DNA from: Candidatus Nomurabacteria bacterium RIFCSPLOWO2_01_FULL_33_24
GTDB taxonomy: Bacteria > Patescibacteriota > Minisyncoccia > Phycocordibacterales > MFUP01
DNA: 55,200 nucleotides
Assembly (NCBI GenBank): GCA_001785735.1
Contig: MFUP01000005.1
Location: 1 to 55,200 of the forward strand
Direction: 5' to 3'
Shown: positions 9,802-21,244 of the stretch, piece after piece
Numbering within the stretch: position 1 is the stretch's first letter
Layout of the letters: each line of letters begins with the position of its first letter
The notes under the pieces: model-generated
Told to the model about the DNA's origin: nothing
Database searches by the model: none
The model's input: the letters and a program-made list of their open reading frames with translations, nothing else
Position numbers and translations under genes: made by a program

Positions 9802-10290
9802 ATGAAAAAAGATAAAATAACAATTTACACAGACGGGTCTTCTCTTGGTAATCCAGGACCGGGTGGTTGGGGAGTGCTTATTCAATTAAAAGATAAAAAA
9901 ATAATAGAACTTGGGGGGCGGGAAGAAAAAACCACCAACAATAGAATGGAATTGATGGCGGTTATTAAAGCTTTTAAGTATCTTAACGATAGTCGGTTAG
10001 GAAATAATGGTTTAAAATTAATCCTTGATTCCGAATATGTAAAAAAAGGCATTACCGAATGGATTTATGGGTGGGTTCAAAATAACTGGCGGACCAAGAA
10101 CAGAAAACCAGTTTTAAATCAGGATTTATGGAAGGAGTTAATTATTATAGTTCAAGAATATGAAAAAAAAAATAAAATAGAATGGGAAAGAATAGATAGT
10201 CATACTGGAGTTGCTGGCAATGAACGAGCTGATCAAATTGCCGTTTCTTTTGCCGAAGATAAACCTACCCCATTAAAGGATGAAAGATGA
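9802..10290 (+). CDS. rnhA: Ribonuclease HI
   Basis: YTDGSSLGNPGPGGWG, TTNNRMEL, DSEYV, NQDLW, GNERADQ. Confidence 0.96.
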   Translation: MKKDKITIYTDGSSLGNPGPGGWGVLIQLKDKKIIELGGREEKTTNNRMELMAVIKAFKYLNDSRLGNNGLKLILDSEYVKKGITEWIYGWVQNNWRTKNRKPVLNQDLWKELIIIVQEYEKKNKIEWERIDSHTGVAGNERADQIAVSFAEDKPTPLKDER

Positions 10291-11755
10291 AGTTTTTTAT
10301 GTAATAGTATTTGGTTTTACCCTAGGAATATTTTTTCGGTCATTTTTTAACTGGGGCTGGAGCTGGATTGCTTTTTTTCTTCTTCTTTCTTTTTTTCTAT
10401 TTTTTTCTTCCCTTATCTTAAAAAATATAAAAAACGTTACCATTCTCATTTCAGTTTTTGTTTTAACTTTTGGTTTAGGAGTTTGGCGTTTTTATATATC
10501 TGATATTAAATTACCACCATCTTTAGAAGAAAAAATTGAATCCCGGGTCAAATTTGAGGGTTTAATTATCAATGAACCTGATCAACGAGAAAATAATACT
10601 AAATTAACAGTTGAATTACAAAAGGGAATTAGAGTTTTAATAACTACTGATTTATATCCAGAATTTAAATATGGAGATTATATTAAATTTAATGGTACTT
10701 TTAAAAAACCAATCAATTTTACAACTGATGTTGGGAAAGAATTTGACTATATTAACTATCTAGCTAAAGATAAAATTTATTACCAAGTTTTCTATCCAGA
10801 AATAGAAATTATTTCGTCTGGCGGAGGTAATTTTATAAAGAGCAATCTTTTTAATTTGAAACACTCATTTCTTAATAAAATCAATAAACTTATTCCAGCC
10901 CCAGAGTCATCTCTATTAGGAGGATTACTTTTAGGAACTAAGCAAGCTTTGGGAGGAGAACTTCAAGATGATTTTATTAAGGTTGGCATTATCCATATCG
11001 TTGTTCTTTCTGGTTATAATGTTACTATTGTGGCCGAATCTTTAATGAGATTCTTTAAATCTTTTTTGCGCAAAACCGTAGCCACTTCTCTTGGGGTAAT
11101 AAGTATTGTTTTATTCGCTATTATTACTGGGGCTGGGGCCACTATTATCAGAGCTTCTATTATGGCTATTCTTGTTTTATTAGCACGAGCTACTGGAAGA
11201 ACTTATGATATCATCAGGGCCTTGCTGTTGGCGGGATTTTTAATGCTTATTCATAACCCTTGGATTCTGGTTTTTGATATCTCTTTTGAATTATCTTTTT
11301 TGGCGACCATTGGTCTTATTTATTTAACTCCAAGGATAGTTGAATATGTTCAATTTTTACCCAAAACATTGGATCTAAGAGGAATTTTTTCGGCCACTAT
11401 CGCTGTTCAGTTTTTTGTTTTGCCTTTCATTTTATACAAGATGGGGACATTATCTCTAGTGGCTCCTATTGTTAATCTTCTTATTTTACCTCTTATTCCT
11501 CTGACGATGTTGGTTGGCTTTTTAACTGGTGTTTTAGGTTTTATTATTTCCGTTCTCTCGGTTCCTTTTGCTTGGATTTCTTATCTTTTGCTTCATCTTG
11601 AAATTTCTTTGGCCCAAATTTTCGCTAACTTTTCTTTTGCCTCAATGACAGTGAAATCCTTTCCTTTAATTTTGGTAGTTTTAATTTATCTGTTTATTGG
11701 TTGGTATTTAATAAAACATAAAAACAAAGATGAAAGAATTTTACAAGAATCTTAA
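10280..11755 (+). CDS. comEC: ComEC competence channel, membrane portion
   Basis: GIIHIVVLSGYNV, IIRASIMA, SFELSFLA; multi-pass membrane protein. Confidence 0.92.
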   Translation: MKDEVFYVIVFGFTLGIFFRSFFNWGWSWIAFFLLLSFFLFFSSLILKNIKNVTILISVFVLTFGLGVWRFYISDIKLPPSLEEKIESRVKFEGLIINEPDQRENNTKLTVELQKGIRVLITTDLYPEFKYGDYIKFNGTFKKPINFTTDVGKEFDYINYLAKDKIYYQVFYPEIEIISSGGGNFIKSNLFNLKHSFLNKINKLIPAPESSLLGGLLLGTKQALGGELQDDFIKVGIIHIVVLSGYNVTIVAESLMRFFKSFLRKTVATSLGVISIVLFAIITGAGATIIRASIMAILVLLARATGRTYDIIRALLLAGFLMLIHNPWILVFDISFELSFLATIGLIYLTPRIVEYVQFLPKTLDLRGIFSATIAVQFFVLPFILYKMGTLSLVAPIVNLLILPLIPLTMLVGFLTGVLGFIISVLSVPFAWISYLLLHLEISLAQIFANFSFASMTVKSFPLILVVLIYLFIGWYLIKHKNKDERILQES

Positions 11756-12593
11756 ATGGTATTTCTTAATTTTACTTTTTATGGGAGTAATGTTTATTTG
11801 GTATACAATTTTCCAAGAAGACAAAGAAAATTATTTAATGGTTGCTTTTTTAGATGTCGGACAAGGAGACGCAATTTTTATTGAAGCTCCTAATGGAAAT
11901 CAAATATTGATTGATGCTGGTCCCAACAGAAAAGTTTTAGAAGAACTTGGGAAAATAATGCCTTTTTATGATAGATCAATTAATATGGTTATTGTCACTC
12001 ACCCTGATAATGATCATATCGGGGGATTACCAAGTGTGCTGGAAAATTATAAGATTGATAAAATAATAAAATCAGATAGAAAATCCGATACTCCTAATTT
12101 TCAAGCCTCAGAAAAAATAATTGAAGAAACAAAAATTGAAAAAATACTGGGGAAAAGGGGATTAAAAATAATATTAGATAATAAAAAAGAAATTTATTTA
12201 AAAATTTTATTACCAGACAAAAAATCAAATGAATGGAATGATAATGATTTTTCACTGGTAACCCAATTAATTTATGGAAAGAATAAGTTTTTAATGACAG
12301 GGGATATTTCACAATCGATTGAAAATTATTTAACCTATATTGATAGTGATGAACTAGATAGCGATGTTCTAAAAATTGGTCATCACGGTTCTAAAACTTC
12401 TACAAGTGAATTATTTATTGAAAAAGTATCTCCCGAGTATAGCATTATTTCAGTTGAAAAAGATAATAATTATGGTCATCCTCATCAAGAAACCCTAGAT
12501 ACTCTGAATAAATTTAAAACAAAAATCCTCTCTACAGCAGAAGAGGGAGTAATTATTTTTAAATCTAACGGAGAAAAATTATATCTCAAATAA
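11730..12593 (+). CDS. ComEC-associated metallo-beta-lactamase-fold nuclease, encoded separately
   Basis: FLDVGQGDA, THPDNDHIGG, TGD, GHHGS, NNYGHP; N-terminal transmembrane helix. Confidence 0.92.
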   Translation: MKEFYKNLKWYFLILLFMGVMFIWYTIFQEDKENYLMVAFLDVGQGDAIFIEAPNGNQILIDAGPNRKVLEELGKIMPFYDRSINMVIVTHPDNDHIGGLPSVLENYKIDKIIKSDRKSDTPNFQASEKIIEETKIEKILGKRGLKIILDNKKEIYLKILLPDKKSNEWNDNDFSLVTQLIYGKNKFLMTGDISQSIENYLTYIDSDELDSDVLKIGHHGSKTSTSELFIEKVSPEYSIISVEKDNNYGHPHQETLDTLNKFKTKILSTAEEGVIIFKSNGEKLYLK

Positions 12594-12828
12594 GACCAGC
12601 TTTTTTAAGAGTAGCATAGGCGCCATTTTTGTTAATGGTTTTTATGGCTTTAGTTGAAAGTTCTAATCTAATAGTTTTTCCAGTTTCTGGAATATAAATT
12701 CTTTTCTTTTGAAGATTAGGATATTTTCTTTTTTTACCAGTTGGGTTGAATTGAGTAGCTCGAACACGATTACTGTATCCACCAGTCATCTTCGAACCTT
12801 TTTTAGTTATGAGACATGTTTTGGCCAT
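12586..12828 (-). CDS. rpmB: 50S ribosomal protein L28
   Basis: AKTCLITKK, KRKYPNLQKKRI, LSTKAIKT. Confidence 0.9.
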   Translation of the reverse strand: MAKTCLITKKGSKMTGGYSNRVRATQFNPTGKKRKYPNLQKKRIYIPETGKTIRLELSTKAIKTINKNGAYATLKKAGLI

Positions 12829-12863
12829 AATTATAAGGTCATGTTATCATATAGATATATTCT

Positions 12864-13511
12864 ATGCAAGAAATTTTTACTATCGTTATATTAATTATGT
12901 CGGTAGTTATTCACGAAATGTCCCATGGATATACTGCCTTGGCCTTTGGTGATCAAACGGCTAAATATGCTGGTCGATTAACTTTAAATCCCCTTAAACA
13001 CCTTGATCCTATTGGATCAGTTATTGTTCCATTAATTTTAGTCCTTCTCCCTGGAGGTTTTGTTTTTGGCTGGGCGAAACCAGTTCCTTATAATCCAAAT
13101 AATTTAAGAAATTTAAAATGGGGAACAATTTCAGTCGCTTCGGCAGGAGTTTTAGCTAATCTTTTTCTAGCTTTAATTTTTGGCTTATTAATTAGAATAG
13201 TCCTGTCTTCTTCCTGGGCTGTTCCTCAAAGTTTTTTAATCATTACGGGGATGATTGTTTTTATAAATGTTTTATTAGCTATTTTTAATCTTATTCCCGT
13301 TTCTCCTCTTGATGGGTCAAAAATATTTTTTTCGTTGCTTCCCGATAATTATAGATATATTGCTAAATTTTTAGAACAATATTCCATTTTTGTAATCCTA
13401 TTTATTATTTTTTTCTTGTGGGGTTATATTCAACCGATTATGTTTTGGTTGTTCAAAGTATTTTCAGGAATGTCTGCTTTTGAATTTTTTAATTTATTGC
13501 AAATAATATGA
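12864..13511 (+). CDS. Site-2 protease (M50 family)
   Basis: HEMSHG, GRLTLNPLKHLDP, GWAKPVP, FNLIPVSPLDG. Confidence 0.93.
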   Translation: MQEIFTIVILIMSVVIHEMSHGYTALAFGDQTAKYAGRLTLNPLKHLDPIGSVIVPLILVLLPGGFVFGWAKPVPYNPNNLRNLKWGTISVASAGVLANLFLALIFGLLIRIVLSSSWAVPQSFLIITGMIVFINVLLAIFNLIPVSPLDGSKIFFSLLPDNYRYIAKFLEQYSIFVILFIIFFLWGYIQPIMFWLFKVFSGMSAFEFFNLLQII

Positions 13512-15217
13512 TAAAAGCTAAATATATAATTATTTTATTTTTTCTCTTAGTGTTTTTACCATCACCAACCTTAGCTGAAAATATAGATAACACTTATTAT
13601 CGAGCTCAAGTTATTGAAGATAGTTCTTATCTTAATTTTAATTGTGATACTTATTGTAATGTAACAGTTAGTGGTTCTGAATTAACCGGTTATGCTTGGA
13701 GTGAAAATTATGGTTGGATAAGTCTTAATTGTAGTAATGATAATTCTTGTGCTTCCAGTAATTTTAAAATTTCTAATAATGGGAACGGAACTCTTTCTGG
13801 TTATGCTTGGGGAGAAAATATAGGATGGATTAATTTTGGTCCTCATAGTGGATCAAGTACATCCCAAGTGTCTATTAGTAATGCTGGTGATTTTAGGGGT
13901 TATGCTTGGGGAGAAAATATAGGATGGATATCTTTTAGTTGTAATAATAATAACTCTTGTGCTACTCCAACTAACGGGACTAATGACTGGGAGGTCAGAA
14001 CATATTGGATTCCTACTAGTGTAAGTAGCGGAGGAGATAGTGGTCCTGGTTCAACCCCTGACCCAACCCCTGACCCAATCCCTGACCCAACCCCTGACCC
14101 AACCCCGACTCAGGGTGCTTCTTCTGATGGAAGTTCATTGGAAACTATTCCTCAACCGGTATTATCCGAATTGCTTTTAGGACAAATAAAAACTAGTTTT
14201 GAAACAACTATAAAAGCAATTTCTTTTGCTAGTCAAGAATTAAAAAAAATTGTAAATAATCCCACTGGAGATGCAATAACAAAAATTGTTTCTACCACTG
14301 GAGTTGTTACAGGAACGACTGTCTCTGTTGCCTCGGCCCTTTTTCTAAATCCAATTTCTTTCTCAGAAATTATTCTAATACCAGCTAGACTCTGGGGGCT
14401 TCTAATGACCGTTTTTGGTTTAAAGAAACGTCGACGACCATGGGGAACTGTTTACGATAGTATCACTAAACAACCTCTTGATCCAGCCTATGTTGTTCTT
14501 CAAGACTTAGAAGGTAAAGAGATAAATACCTCAATTACAGACCTTGATGGTCGTTATGGATTTTTAACAACTCCAGGAAAATATAAAATTTTAGCTAATA
14601 AAACAAATTATAATTTTCCATCAAAAAATCTCTATGGAAAAATCAGAGATGAGTTATATAATGATCTTTATTTTAATGAAGAAATAGAAATAAAAGAAGA
14701 TGGAGAAATTATTAATAAAAATATTCCCTTAGATCCAATTAATTTTGATTGGAACGAATTTCAAAAGAGAGAACAGAAATTAATGAAATTTTATTCTCGT
14801 CGAAGTTTATTTTTAGCTAGATTATCCGGAACCTTTTTCGTTATTGGTTTTACTGTCGCTTTATTGGCCGCATTTTTGGCGCCCAAAACATATAATATTA
14901 TTATTCTTGGTTTATATTTTGTTTTATTAGTTGTGCGTCAAGTTGGATTGAAGCCAAAATCTCAAGGAGGCATTACGAGCAAAGACACAGGAAAACCAAT
15001 GCCTTTTGCGATTTTGCGTATTTTTAATACTGCCATGGACACAGAAATTGCTCATAAAGTTGCTAACCAAACAGGAAGATATTTTTGTCTAGTTGCCAAT
15101 GGAACTTATGGTATCAAGGTTGAAAAGAAGAATGAAGACGGGTCTTATTCATTGGTTTATACATCAGAATTAATAAAAGTTACCAATGGAATTATTAATA
15201 AAATGTTTGAGGTTTAA
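13508..15217 (+). CDS. Secreted/membrane protein with GYAWxENxGWI repeats, a Pro-rich linker and carboxypeptidase-regulatory-like beta-sandwich domains
   Basis: Signal peptide, three GYAW(S/G)EN(Y/I)GWI repeats, PTPD linker, WGTVYDS..TDLDGRYGF, transmembrane segments. Confidence 0.75.
   Translation: MIKAKYIIILFFLLVFLPSPTLAENIDNTYYRAQVIEDSSYLNFNCDTYCNVTVSGSELTGYAWSENYGWISLNCSNDNSCASSNFKISNNGNGTLSGYAWGENIGWINFGPHSGSSTSQVSISNAGDFRGYAWGENIGWISFSCNNNNSCATPTNGTNDWEVRTYWIPTSVSSGGDSGPGSTPDPTPDPIPDPTPDPTPTQGASSDGSSLETIPQPVLSELLLGQIKTSFETTIKAISFASQELKKIVNNPTGDAITKIVSTTGVVTGTTVSVASALFLNPISFSEIILIPARLWGLLMTVFGLKKRRRPWGTVYDSITKQPLDPAYVVLQDLEGKEINTSITDLDGRYGFLTTPGKYKILANKTNYNFPSKNLYGKIRDELYNDLYFNEEIEIKEDGEIINKNIPLDPINFDWNEFQKREQKLMKFYSRRSLFLARLSGTFFVIGFTVALLAAFLAPKTYNIIILGLYFVLLVVRQVGLKPKSQGGITSKDTGKPMPFAILRIFNTAMDTEIAHKVANQTGRYFCLVANGTYGIKVEKKNEDGSYSLVYTSELIKVTNGIINKMFEV
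14052..14106 (+). repeat. 12-bp tandem repeat (CAACCCCTGACC, about 4.5 copies) encoding the PTPD linker
   Basis: Read directly from the sequence. Confidence 0.9.
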
Positions 15218-15261
15218 AACTATTTTTTTCTATGTTATAATCCAAATATAAAAATATATTT

Positions 15262-16809
15262 ATGGCAAGAAAGGTATTAAAAACGAAAGATATTTTAACT
15301 AAAAACAAGATTTTTGCGATATTTTTTCTTTGTTTTCTGCTCTTTGTTTTTGTTACTCAAGTCTTGGCTGTTCCTCCCATTAGTGTCTATGCTCCCGGAG
15401 CTTCCTTAAATCCAAACTGTGCTCCCGGAAGCACTAATTGTACCACTGGATCTCTCTATTACAGCGGAGGAACAGATATTGCTGTAGCTGATGGGGGAAC
15501 GGGAGTCTCAACTCTAACAGATGGTGGAATATTGCTTGGTTCTGGAACTAGTGCTGTCACCGCTACTAGCCAACCAACTAATGGACAACTTTTAATTGGA
15601 AGCACAGGAGTTGATCCAGTTTTAGCAACTATAACCGGTGGCACAAATTTAACTACCACCAATGGATCAGGAACAATTACTTTAGATGTTGATGATTCTT
15701 TTATATTAAATACAGGAGACATCGGAACAGGAGTTTTTGATTTTGGAGGAGCAACTTCAATTGAAATTGTAAATGGGACTGGTCCCACAGTAGATACTAC
15801 CGGAGAAATTGCTATTGACACAAACGCTGATGGTAATTATATAGATCAAGGCTGGCTTACTTATTATGATGGAACACAAATTATGTTTGTTCCCGCCTTT
15901 GATGCGATTGGAACTCCATCAGAGAATGATGTGATTACTTATGATGCTACTAACGACAAATGGGTCATTGAAGCTCAGTCCGGGGGTTTGTCAAATATTG
16001 TGGAGGATACAACGCCACAACTTGGTGGTGATTTAGACGCTAATAGTTTTGAAATAAAAATGGTTAATGGTGATGGGATACTTGATGTTAATGGTGATGA
16101 AATTGTTGAATTTAATACAAATGGAATAGCTTTTACAGGAGCAAACTTTATCCGACTTAGTTCTGCGGCTACTGGTGGCGATGTTGGAATACTGGCAGAA
16201 GGAAGTGATAGTAATGTTGGAATAACAATTGATTCTAAAGGAACAGAGACAATAGACATAGGAAGGAATGGAGGAGGAGTTAAACTGGGAAATGGACTGT
16301 TGTTGTTTCCAAACTCAGATGGGGTGGCTAATACTTATTTGACCACTAATGGCTCCGCTACCCTTTCCTTTTCTGTTTTAGATATTTCTCATGATACTTC
16401 CCCTGCCCTTGGTGGTGATTTAGACACTAGCGCTAGTGATATTGATATTTCTGCCGATAGTAATTTATTTTATAGTGTTTCCACCTTAACGACGATAACA
16501 GGAAATTCAAATGACTGGGCAATAGGTGATGGTGTCTATTTTAGAGTAGCTTCTAATGAACTCGGCGTTTATCAGATAACAGGAATAGCTGGGGGATCCG
16601 ATGGAAGAGTAATTTATATTACCAATATTAATACTATTGGTGGTTTTAGCGGTGATTTAACTTTAAAAAACGAAGATGCAAACAGCACGGCCGCCAATAG
16701 GTTTGCTTTTAGCACAGGAGCAGATATAAATTTGCGAGAACAAAGCACTTATGCGTTTATTTATGATTCAGTAATATCAAGATGGAGAGAGCTAACCATT
16801 GTTCCTTAA
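15262..16809 (+). CDS. Secreted Gly/Thr/Asp-rich fibre-like surface protein
   Basis: Signal peptide; IAVADGGTG and two DT(T/S)P(Q/A)LGGDLD motifs; upstream TGtTATAAT at 15233-15241. Confidence 0.7.
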   Translation: MARKVLKTKDILTKNKIFAIFFLCFLLFVFVTQVLAVPPISVYAPGASLNPNCAPGSTNCTTGSLYYSGGTDIAVADGGTGVSTLTDGGILLGSGTSAVTATSQPTNGQLLIGSTGVDPVLATITGGTNLTTTNGSGTITLDVDDSFILNTGDIGTGVFDFGGATSIEIVNGTGPTVDTTGEIAIDTNADGNYIDQGWLTYYDGTQIMFVPAFDAIGTPSENDVITYDATNDKWVIEAQSGGLSNIVEDTTPQLGGDLDANSFEIKMVNGDGILDVNGDEIVEFNTNGIAFTGANFIRLSSAATGGDVGILAEGSDSNVGITIDSKGTETIDIGRNGGGVKLGNGLLLFPNSDGVANTYLTTNGSATLSFSVLDISHDTSPALGGDLDTSASDIDISADSNLFYSVSTLTTITGNSNDWAIGDGVYFRVASNELGVYQITGIAGGSDGRVIYITNINTIGGFSGDLTLKNEDANSTAANRFAFSTGADINLREQSTYAFIYDSVISRWRELTIVP

Positions 16810-16834
16810 TTATTTACCACGAAGAATTGGCTAT

Positions 16835-16886
16835 TTGACAAGTTTTTGTATTTTGCTACTATTAAAAAAGCTCTTGAGAGCTTTTT
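16835..16886 (+). promoter_or_regulatory. rpsL promoter plus leader hairpin
   Basis: TTGACA-16 nt-TACTAT with extended TG; AAGCTC-TTGA-GAGCTT at 16868-16883. Confidence 0.75.
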
Positions 16887-16891
16887 ATTTT

Positions 16892-17311
16892 ATGCCAACG
16901 ACTAATCAATTAACTAAAAATAAAAGAAAAAAAATTATTAAAAGATCAAAAGCCGTTGCCCTGGCTCGTGGTTTTAATGAAAAAAAAAACAGACCCGTTT
17001 TTTATCCATCTCCTTTTAAAAGGGGAGTTTGTCTTAATGTTAAAACCATTACTCCTAAAAAACCAAACTCCGCTCTTCGAAAAATTGCTCGAGTTCGTTT
17101 AACTAACGGAACAGAAGTAACCGCTTATATTCCGGGAGAAGGACATAATCTTCAGGAACATTCAGTAGTTATTCTTCGAGGAGGAAGAGTTAAAGATTTA
17201 ATTGGAGTTCGTTATCATATTGTCCGAGGAGTCCTTGATACAACTGGGGTAGAAGGAAGAAAAAATTCTAGAAGTTGTTATGGAACAAAGAAACTAAAAG
17301 ATAAGAAATAA
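16892..17311 (+). CDS. rpsL: 30S ribosomal protein S12
   Basis: [34 protein letters not shown] at 16892. Confidence 0.98.
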   Translation: MPTTNQLTKNKRKKIIKRSKAVALARGFNEKKNRPVFYPSPFKRGVCLNVKTITPKKPNSALRKIARVRLTNGTEVTAYIPGEGHNLQEHSVVILRGGRVKDLIGVRYHIVRGVLDTTGVEGRKNSRSCYGTKKLKDKK

Positions 17312-17313
17312 AA

Positions 17314-17790
17314 ATGAGAAGACCAGTAAAAAAAATAAATAAAATTCAACCCGATAGAGTTTATAATTCTGACAAATTATCTAAATTCATTAATTACATT
17401 ATGCAATCTGGCAAAAAAGCCACTGCTCAAAAAATAATTTACCAAGCTCTTGATGTTATTAAAGAAAAAACTAAAAATCCTAATCCATTAGAAATTTTTG
17501 AATTAGCTCTTAAAAATACCACCCCTTTAATGGAGGTTAGATCGCGTAGAGTTGGGGGAGCTAATTATCAAGTTCCTCGAGAAGTTAGACCCGAGAGAAA
17601 ATTAATTCTTTCGATGAGATGGATTATTGAAGCGGCTCGGGCCAAAAAAGGAAAATCTATTTGTTTAAATTTGGCTGAAGAAATTATTTTAGCTAGCAAG
17701 AACGAAGGGGAGGCAGTTAAAAAAAGAGAAATTACCCACAAAATGGCCGAGGGCAACAAGGCTTTTGCTCACTTCAGTTGGGGAAAATAA
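17314..17790 (+). CDS. rpsG: 30S ribosomal protein S7
   Basis: [27 protein letters not shown]. Confidence 0.98.
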   Translation: MRRPVKKINKIQPDRVYNSDKLSKFINYIMQSGKKATAQKIIYQALDVIKEKTKNPNPLEIFELALKNTTPLMEVRSRRVGGANYQVPREVRPERKLILSMRWIIEAARAKKGKSICLNLAEEIILASKNEGEAVKKREITHKMAEGNKAFAHFSWGK

Positions 17791-17793
17791 AAT

Positions 17794-19932
17794 ATGGACA
17801 GAGATTATCCTTTAGAAAAAGTTAGAAATATTGGAATTATTGCTCATATTGATGCCGGGAAGACTACTGTCACCGAGCGTATTTTATATTACACAGGAAT
17901 TTCTCATAAAATTGGTGAAGTTCACGAAGGACAAGCGATTATGGATTGGATGGAACAAGAAAGAGAGAGAGGGATTACTATTACTTCGGCGGCTACTACT
18001 TGTTTTTGGACTCCAACTTATTCTAATAAAGAAGATAAATCAACTAAATATCGTTTTAATATCATTGATACTCCTGGTCATGTTGATTTTACCGCTGAAG
18101 TAGAGAGATCTTTAAAAGTTTTGGATGGAGGAGTTGTTTGTTTTGACGGAGTAGCTGGGGTAGAACCTCAATCAGAAACAGTTTGGCGTCAAGCTGATAA
18201 ATATAAAGTTCCTAGAATTTGTTTTGTTAATAAATTAGACAGAACAGGAGCTTCTTTTGAATATTCTTTTAAAACTATTTTAGATCGATTGACAAAAAAT
18301 GCTGTTCGAATGCAAATTCCAATCGGAGAAGAAGATAAATATGAGGGTTCAATTGATTTATTAACAATGAAAGCCTATCGTTTTGAAGGGAAGATGGGAA
18401 TTGAAGTTAAAGAAAGTGAAATTCCCGAAAATTTAAAAGCAGAAGCAAAAAAATATAGGACTGAACTAATTGAAAAAATTGTAGAAAATGATGAAAAATT
18501 AACTAATCAATATTTAGAAGGAAAAGAGATACCGCTAAAAGATTTAAAGAAAATTCTTAGAAAAGGAACAATAGATAATGAAATTTTCCCGGTTTTTTGT
18601 GGTTCTGCTCTTAAAAATAAAGGAGTTCAACTAGTTCTTGATGGAGTGGTTGATTATTTGCCAAGCCCGATTGATATTCCTCCAATAAAAGGTCTTGATC
18701 CAGAAACCGAAAAAGAAATTGAAAGACAAACTTCAGATAACACTCCTTTTTCTGCTCTGGCTTTTAAACTCCAAACAGATCCTTTTGTTGGCCAACTAAC
18801 TTATTTTAGGGTTTATTCTGGAACTTTATCTGCTGGTTCTTATGTTTATAATCCCAGAACTGGTGACAGAGAAAGGATAGGACGAATTTTAAGAATGCAT
18901 TCTAATTCCAGAGAAGAAGTAAAAAAAGTTTTTGCCGGTGAAATTGTGGCGACTGTTGGTTTAAAGAATACCATCACCTCCGATACTCTTTGTGATGAAA
19001 ATAATCCAGTTATTCTTGATCGAATCGAATTTCCAGAACCAGTTGTTTCTCTTAGAATTGAACCAAAAACCAAAGCTGATCAAGAGAAAATGGGGATGGC
19101 TCTAAATCGTTTAGCTCAAGAAGATCCTACTTTTAAAATTACCTCTGACCAAGAAACAATGGAAACTATTATTTGGGGAATGGGAGAACTTCATTTAGAT
19201 ATTATTATTGATCGAATGAAAAGAGAATTCAGCGTTGAAGCTGATGTTGGAAAACCACAAGTTGCTTATAAAGAAACAATTACTGGTAAATCTGAAGCTG
19301 AAGGTAAATATATAAAACAATCTGGAGGACGTGGCCAATATGGTCATGTAAAAATTAGAGTCAAACCTCTTGAAGAAGCTCCAGAGAATTTACCTAAAAA
19401 TACTAAACGATCAGAAGGTTTCGAATTTATTAACAACATTAAAGGAGGAGTTATTCCTCATGAATATATTCCGGCGGTTGAAAAAGGATTAAAAGAAGGA
19501 ATGAGCAGAGGAGTTTTAGCTGGTTTTAATATAGTTAATATTTCTTGTGAACTTTTTGATGGATCTTATCACGAAGTTGATTCTTCGGAAATAGCTTTCA
19601 AAATTGCTACTTCTATGGCTCTCCAAGATGCTGCTAAAAGAGCCAAGCCAGTTTTACTTGAACCAATGATGAAGGTAGAAGTAGTTACTCCAGAAAAATT
19701 TATGGGAGATGTTACTGGAAATTTGAGTTCCAAAAGAGGAATTATTGAAGGAATGGAGGATCGGGGGATGAATAAGGTCATTAAGGCCATAGTCCCTTTA
19801 TCTGAAATGTTTGGATATATTACTACTCTCCGAACGATGACTGAAGGACGGGCTAATTTTACTATGGAATTTTTGCGTTTTGATATTGTTCCTAAAAATG
19901 TGGCTGATGACATCATTGCTTCCAGAAAATAA
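17794..19932 (+). CDS. fusA: Elongation factor G
   Basis: [38 protein letters not shown]. Confidence 0.98.
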   Translation: MDRDYPLEKVRNIGIIAHIDAGKTTVTERILYYTGISHKIGEVHEGQAIMDWMEQERERGITITSAATTCFWTPTYSNKEDKSTKYRFNIIDTPGHVDFTAEVERSLKVLDGGVVCFDGVAGVEPQSETVWRQADKYKVPRICFVNKLDRTGASFEYSFKTILDRLTKNAVRMQIPIGEEDKYEGSIDLLTMKAYRFEGKMGIEVKESEIPENLKAEAKKYRTELIEKIVENDEKLTNQYLEGKEIPLKDLKKILRKGTIDNEIFPVFCGSALKNKGVQLVLDGVVDYLPSPIDIPPIKGLDPETEKEIERQTSDNTPFSALAFKLQTDPFVGQLTYFRVYSGTLSAGSYVYNPRTGDRERIGRILRMHSNSREEVKKVFAGEIVATVGLKNTITSDTLCDENNPVILDRIEFPEPVVSLRIEPKTKADQEKMGMALNRLAQEDPTFKITSDQETMETIIWGMGELHLDIIIDRMKREFSVEADVGKPQVAYKETITGKSEAEGKYIKQSGGRGQYGHVKIRVKPLEEAPENLPKNTKRSEGFEFINNIKGGVIPHEYIPAVEKGLKEGMSRGVLAGFNIVNISCELFDGSYHEVDSSEIAFKIATSMALQDAAKRAKPVLLEPMMKVEVVTPEKFMGDVTGNLSSKRGIIEGMEDRGMNKVIKAIVPLSEMFGYITTLRTMTEGRANFTMEFLRFDIVPKNVADDIIASRK

Positions 19933-19948
19933 TAATAACTATTAGGGC

Positions 19949-19997
19949 TTGCACTTATTTTTTAATTTGATAAGATAGAGATGTCGCTCTTTAGCGA
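19949..19997 (+). promoter_or_regulatory. tuf promoter plus variant leader hairpin
   Basis: TTGCAC-16 nt-TAAGAT with extended TG; TCGCT-CTTT-AGCGA at 19984-19997. Confidence 0.65.
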
Positions 19998-20034
19998 TTT
20001 TTATTATCAATAAATAATCTAATATAAAAATATT

Positions 20035-21231
20035 ATGGCAGTAGAAGAATTTAAAAGAGATAAACCCCACGTAAACGTGGGAACAATCGGTCATGTTGAT
20101 CATGGAAAAACCACTTTAACAGCGGCGATTCTTCATGTTCTCAATTTGGCTGGGAAAAAGGTTAAGCTTCGAGGGGTTGATCAAATTGATAACGCCCCCG
20201 AGGAAAAAGAAAGGGGGATAACAATTGCTCTTTCTCATAATGAATATGAAACTGATGCTCGTCACTATGCTCATATTGATGCTCCTGGGCACGCTGATTA
20301 TATAAAAAATATGATTACGGGAGCTGCCCAAATGGACGGAGCCATTATTGTGGTAGCGGCGACTGATGGGGTAATGCCTCAAACAAGAGAACATATTTTG
20401 CTTGCTCGACAAGTTGGTGTTCCAAAAATTATTGTTTTTATAAACAAAGTTGACATGGTTGATGATAAGGAATTAGTTGATTTAGTTGAAGAAGAAATTC
20501 GTGAGCTTCTTACTAAATATGAATTTGATGGTGTTAACACCCCAGTTATTAAGGGATCAGCTCTAAAAGCCTTGAACGCTCAATCAATTGATGATCAATG
20601 GGCTAAGAATATTCTTGAATTAACAGATGCTCTTGATAAATATATTCCAGTTCCAGAACGTGATATTGAAAAACCTTTTCTTATGCCCGTTGAGGATATT
20701 TTCTCAATTGAAGGACGAGGGACGGTAGCCACAGGAAGAATTGAAAGAGGAATTGTTAAAGTTGGAGAAGAAATTGAAATCGTTGGAATTAAGGAGACAT
20801 CAAAAACAACAGTTACTGGTATTGAAATGTTTAACAAACAACTTCAGGAAGGAATAGCTGGAGATAATGCTGGTGTTTTACTTAGAGGAATTAAAAAAGA
20901 ATCTCTAACACGAGGACAAGTGTTATCAAAAGTAGGAAGTGTTACTCCTCATACTGAATTTGATGCAGAAGTATATGTTTTAAACAAAGATGAAGGTGGA
21001 CGGCATACCCCATTTTTTACTGGTTACAAACCCCAATTTTATATTAGAACCACTGATGTCACAGGAGAAGCTTTTCTTCCAGAAGGAACAGAAATGGTAA
21101 TGCCGGGAGATACAGTTCAATTAAAAATTAAATTGTCTGTTCCTATTGCTCTGGAAGAACAACAAAGATTTGCTATTAGAGAAGGAGGGAAAACTGTTGG
21201 AGCCGGAGTGGTCACAAAAGTTATAGCCTAA
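20035..21231 (+). CDS. tuf: Elongation factor Tu
   Basis: [29 protein letters not shown]. Confidence 0.98.
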   Translation: MAVEEFKRDKPHVNVGTIGHVDHGKTTLTAAILHVLNLAGKKVKLRGVDQIDNAPEEKERGITIALSHNEYETDARHYAHIDAPGHADYIKNMITGAAQMDGAIIVVAATDGVMPQTREHILLARQVGVPKIIVFINKVDMVDDKELVDLVEEEIRELLTKYEFDGVNTPVIKGSALKALNAQSIDDQWAKNILELTDALDKYIPVPERDIEKPFLMPVEDIFSIEGRGTVATGRIERGIVKVGEEIEIVGIKETSKTTVTGIEMFNKQLQEGIAGDNAGVLLRGIKKESLTRGQVLSKVGSVTPHTEFDAEVYVLNKDEGGRHTPFFTGYKPQFYIRTTDVTGEAFLPEGTEMVMPGDTVQLKIKLSVPIALEEQQRFAIREGGKTVGAGVVTKVIA

Positions 21232-21244
21232 AAAATTTATAAGT

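Noticed and set aside
13799..13929. 32-bp direct repeat as a possible CRISPR or DGR template/variable pair
   Set aside because: It encodes a protein repeat; there are no adenine-specific mismatches and no reverse transcriptase in the window.
16799..16891. Apparent N-terminal extension of S12 in the ORF track
   Set aside because: It spans the promoter and leader hairpin; the real start is ATG 16892. Similar over-extensions were trimmed for tpiA, rpsC, rplF and the 4102 pilin.
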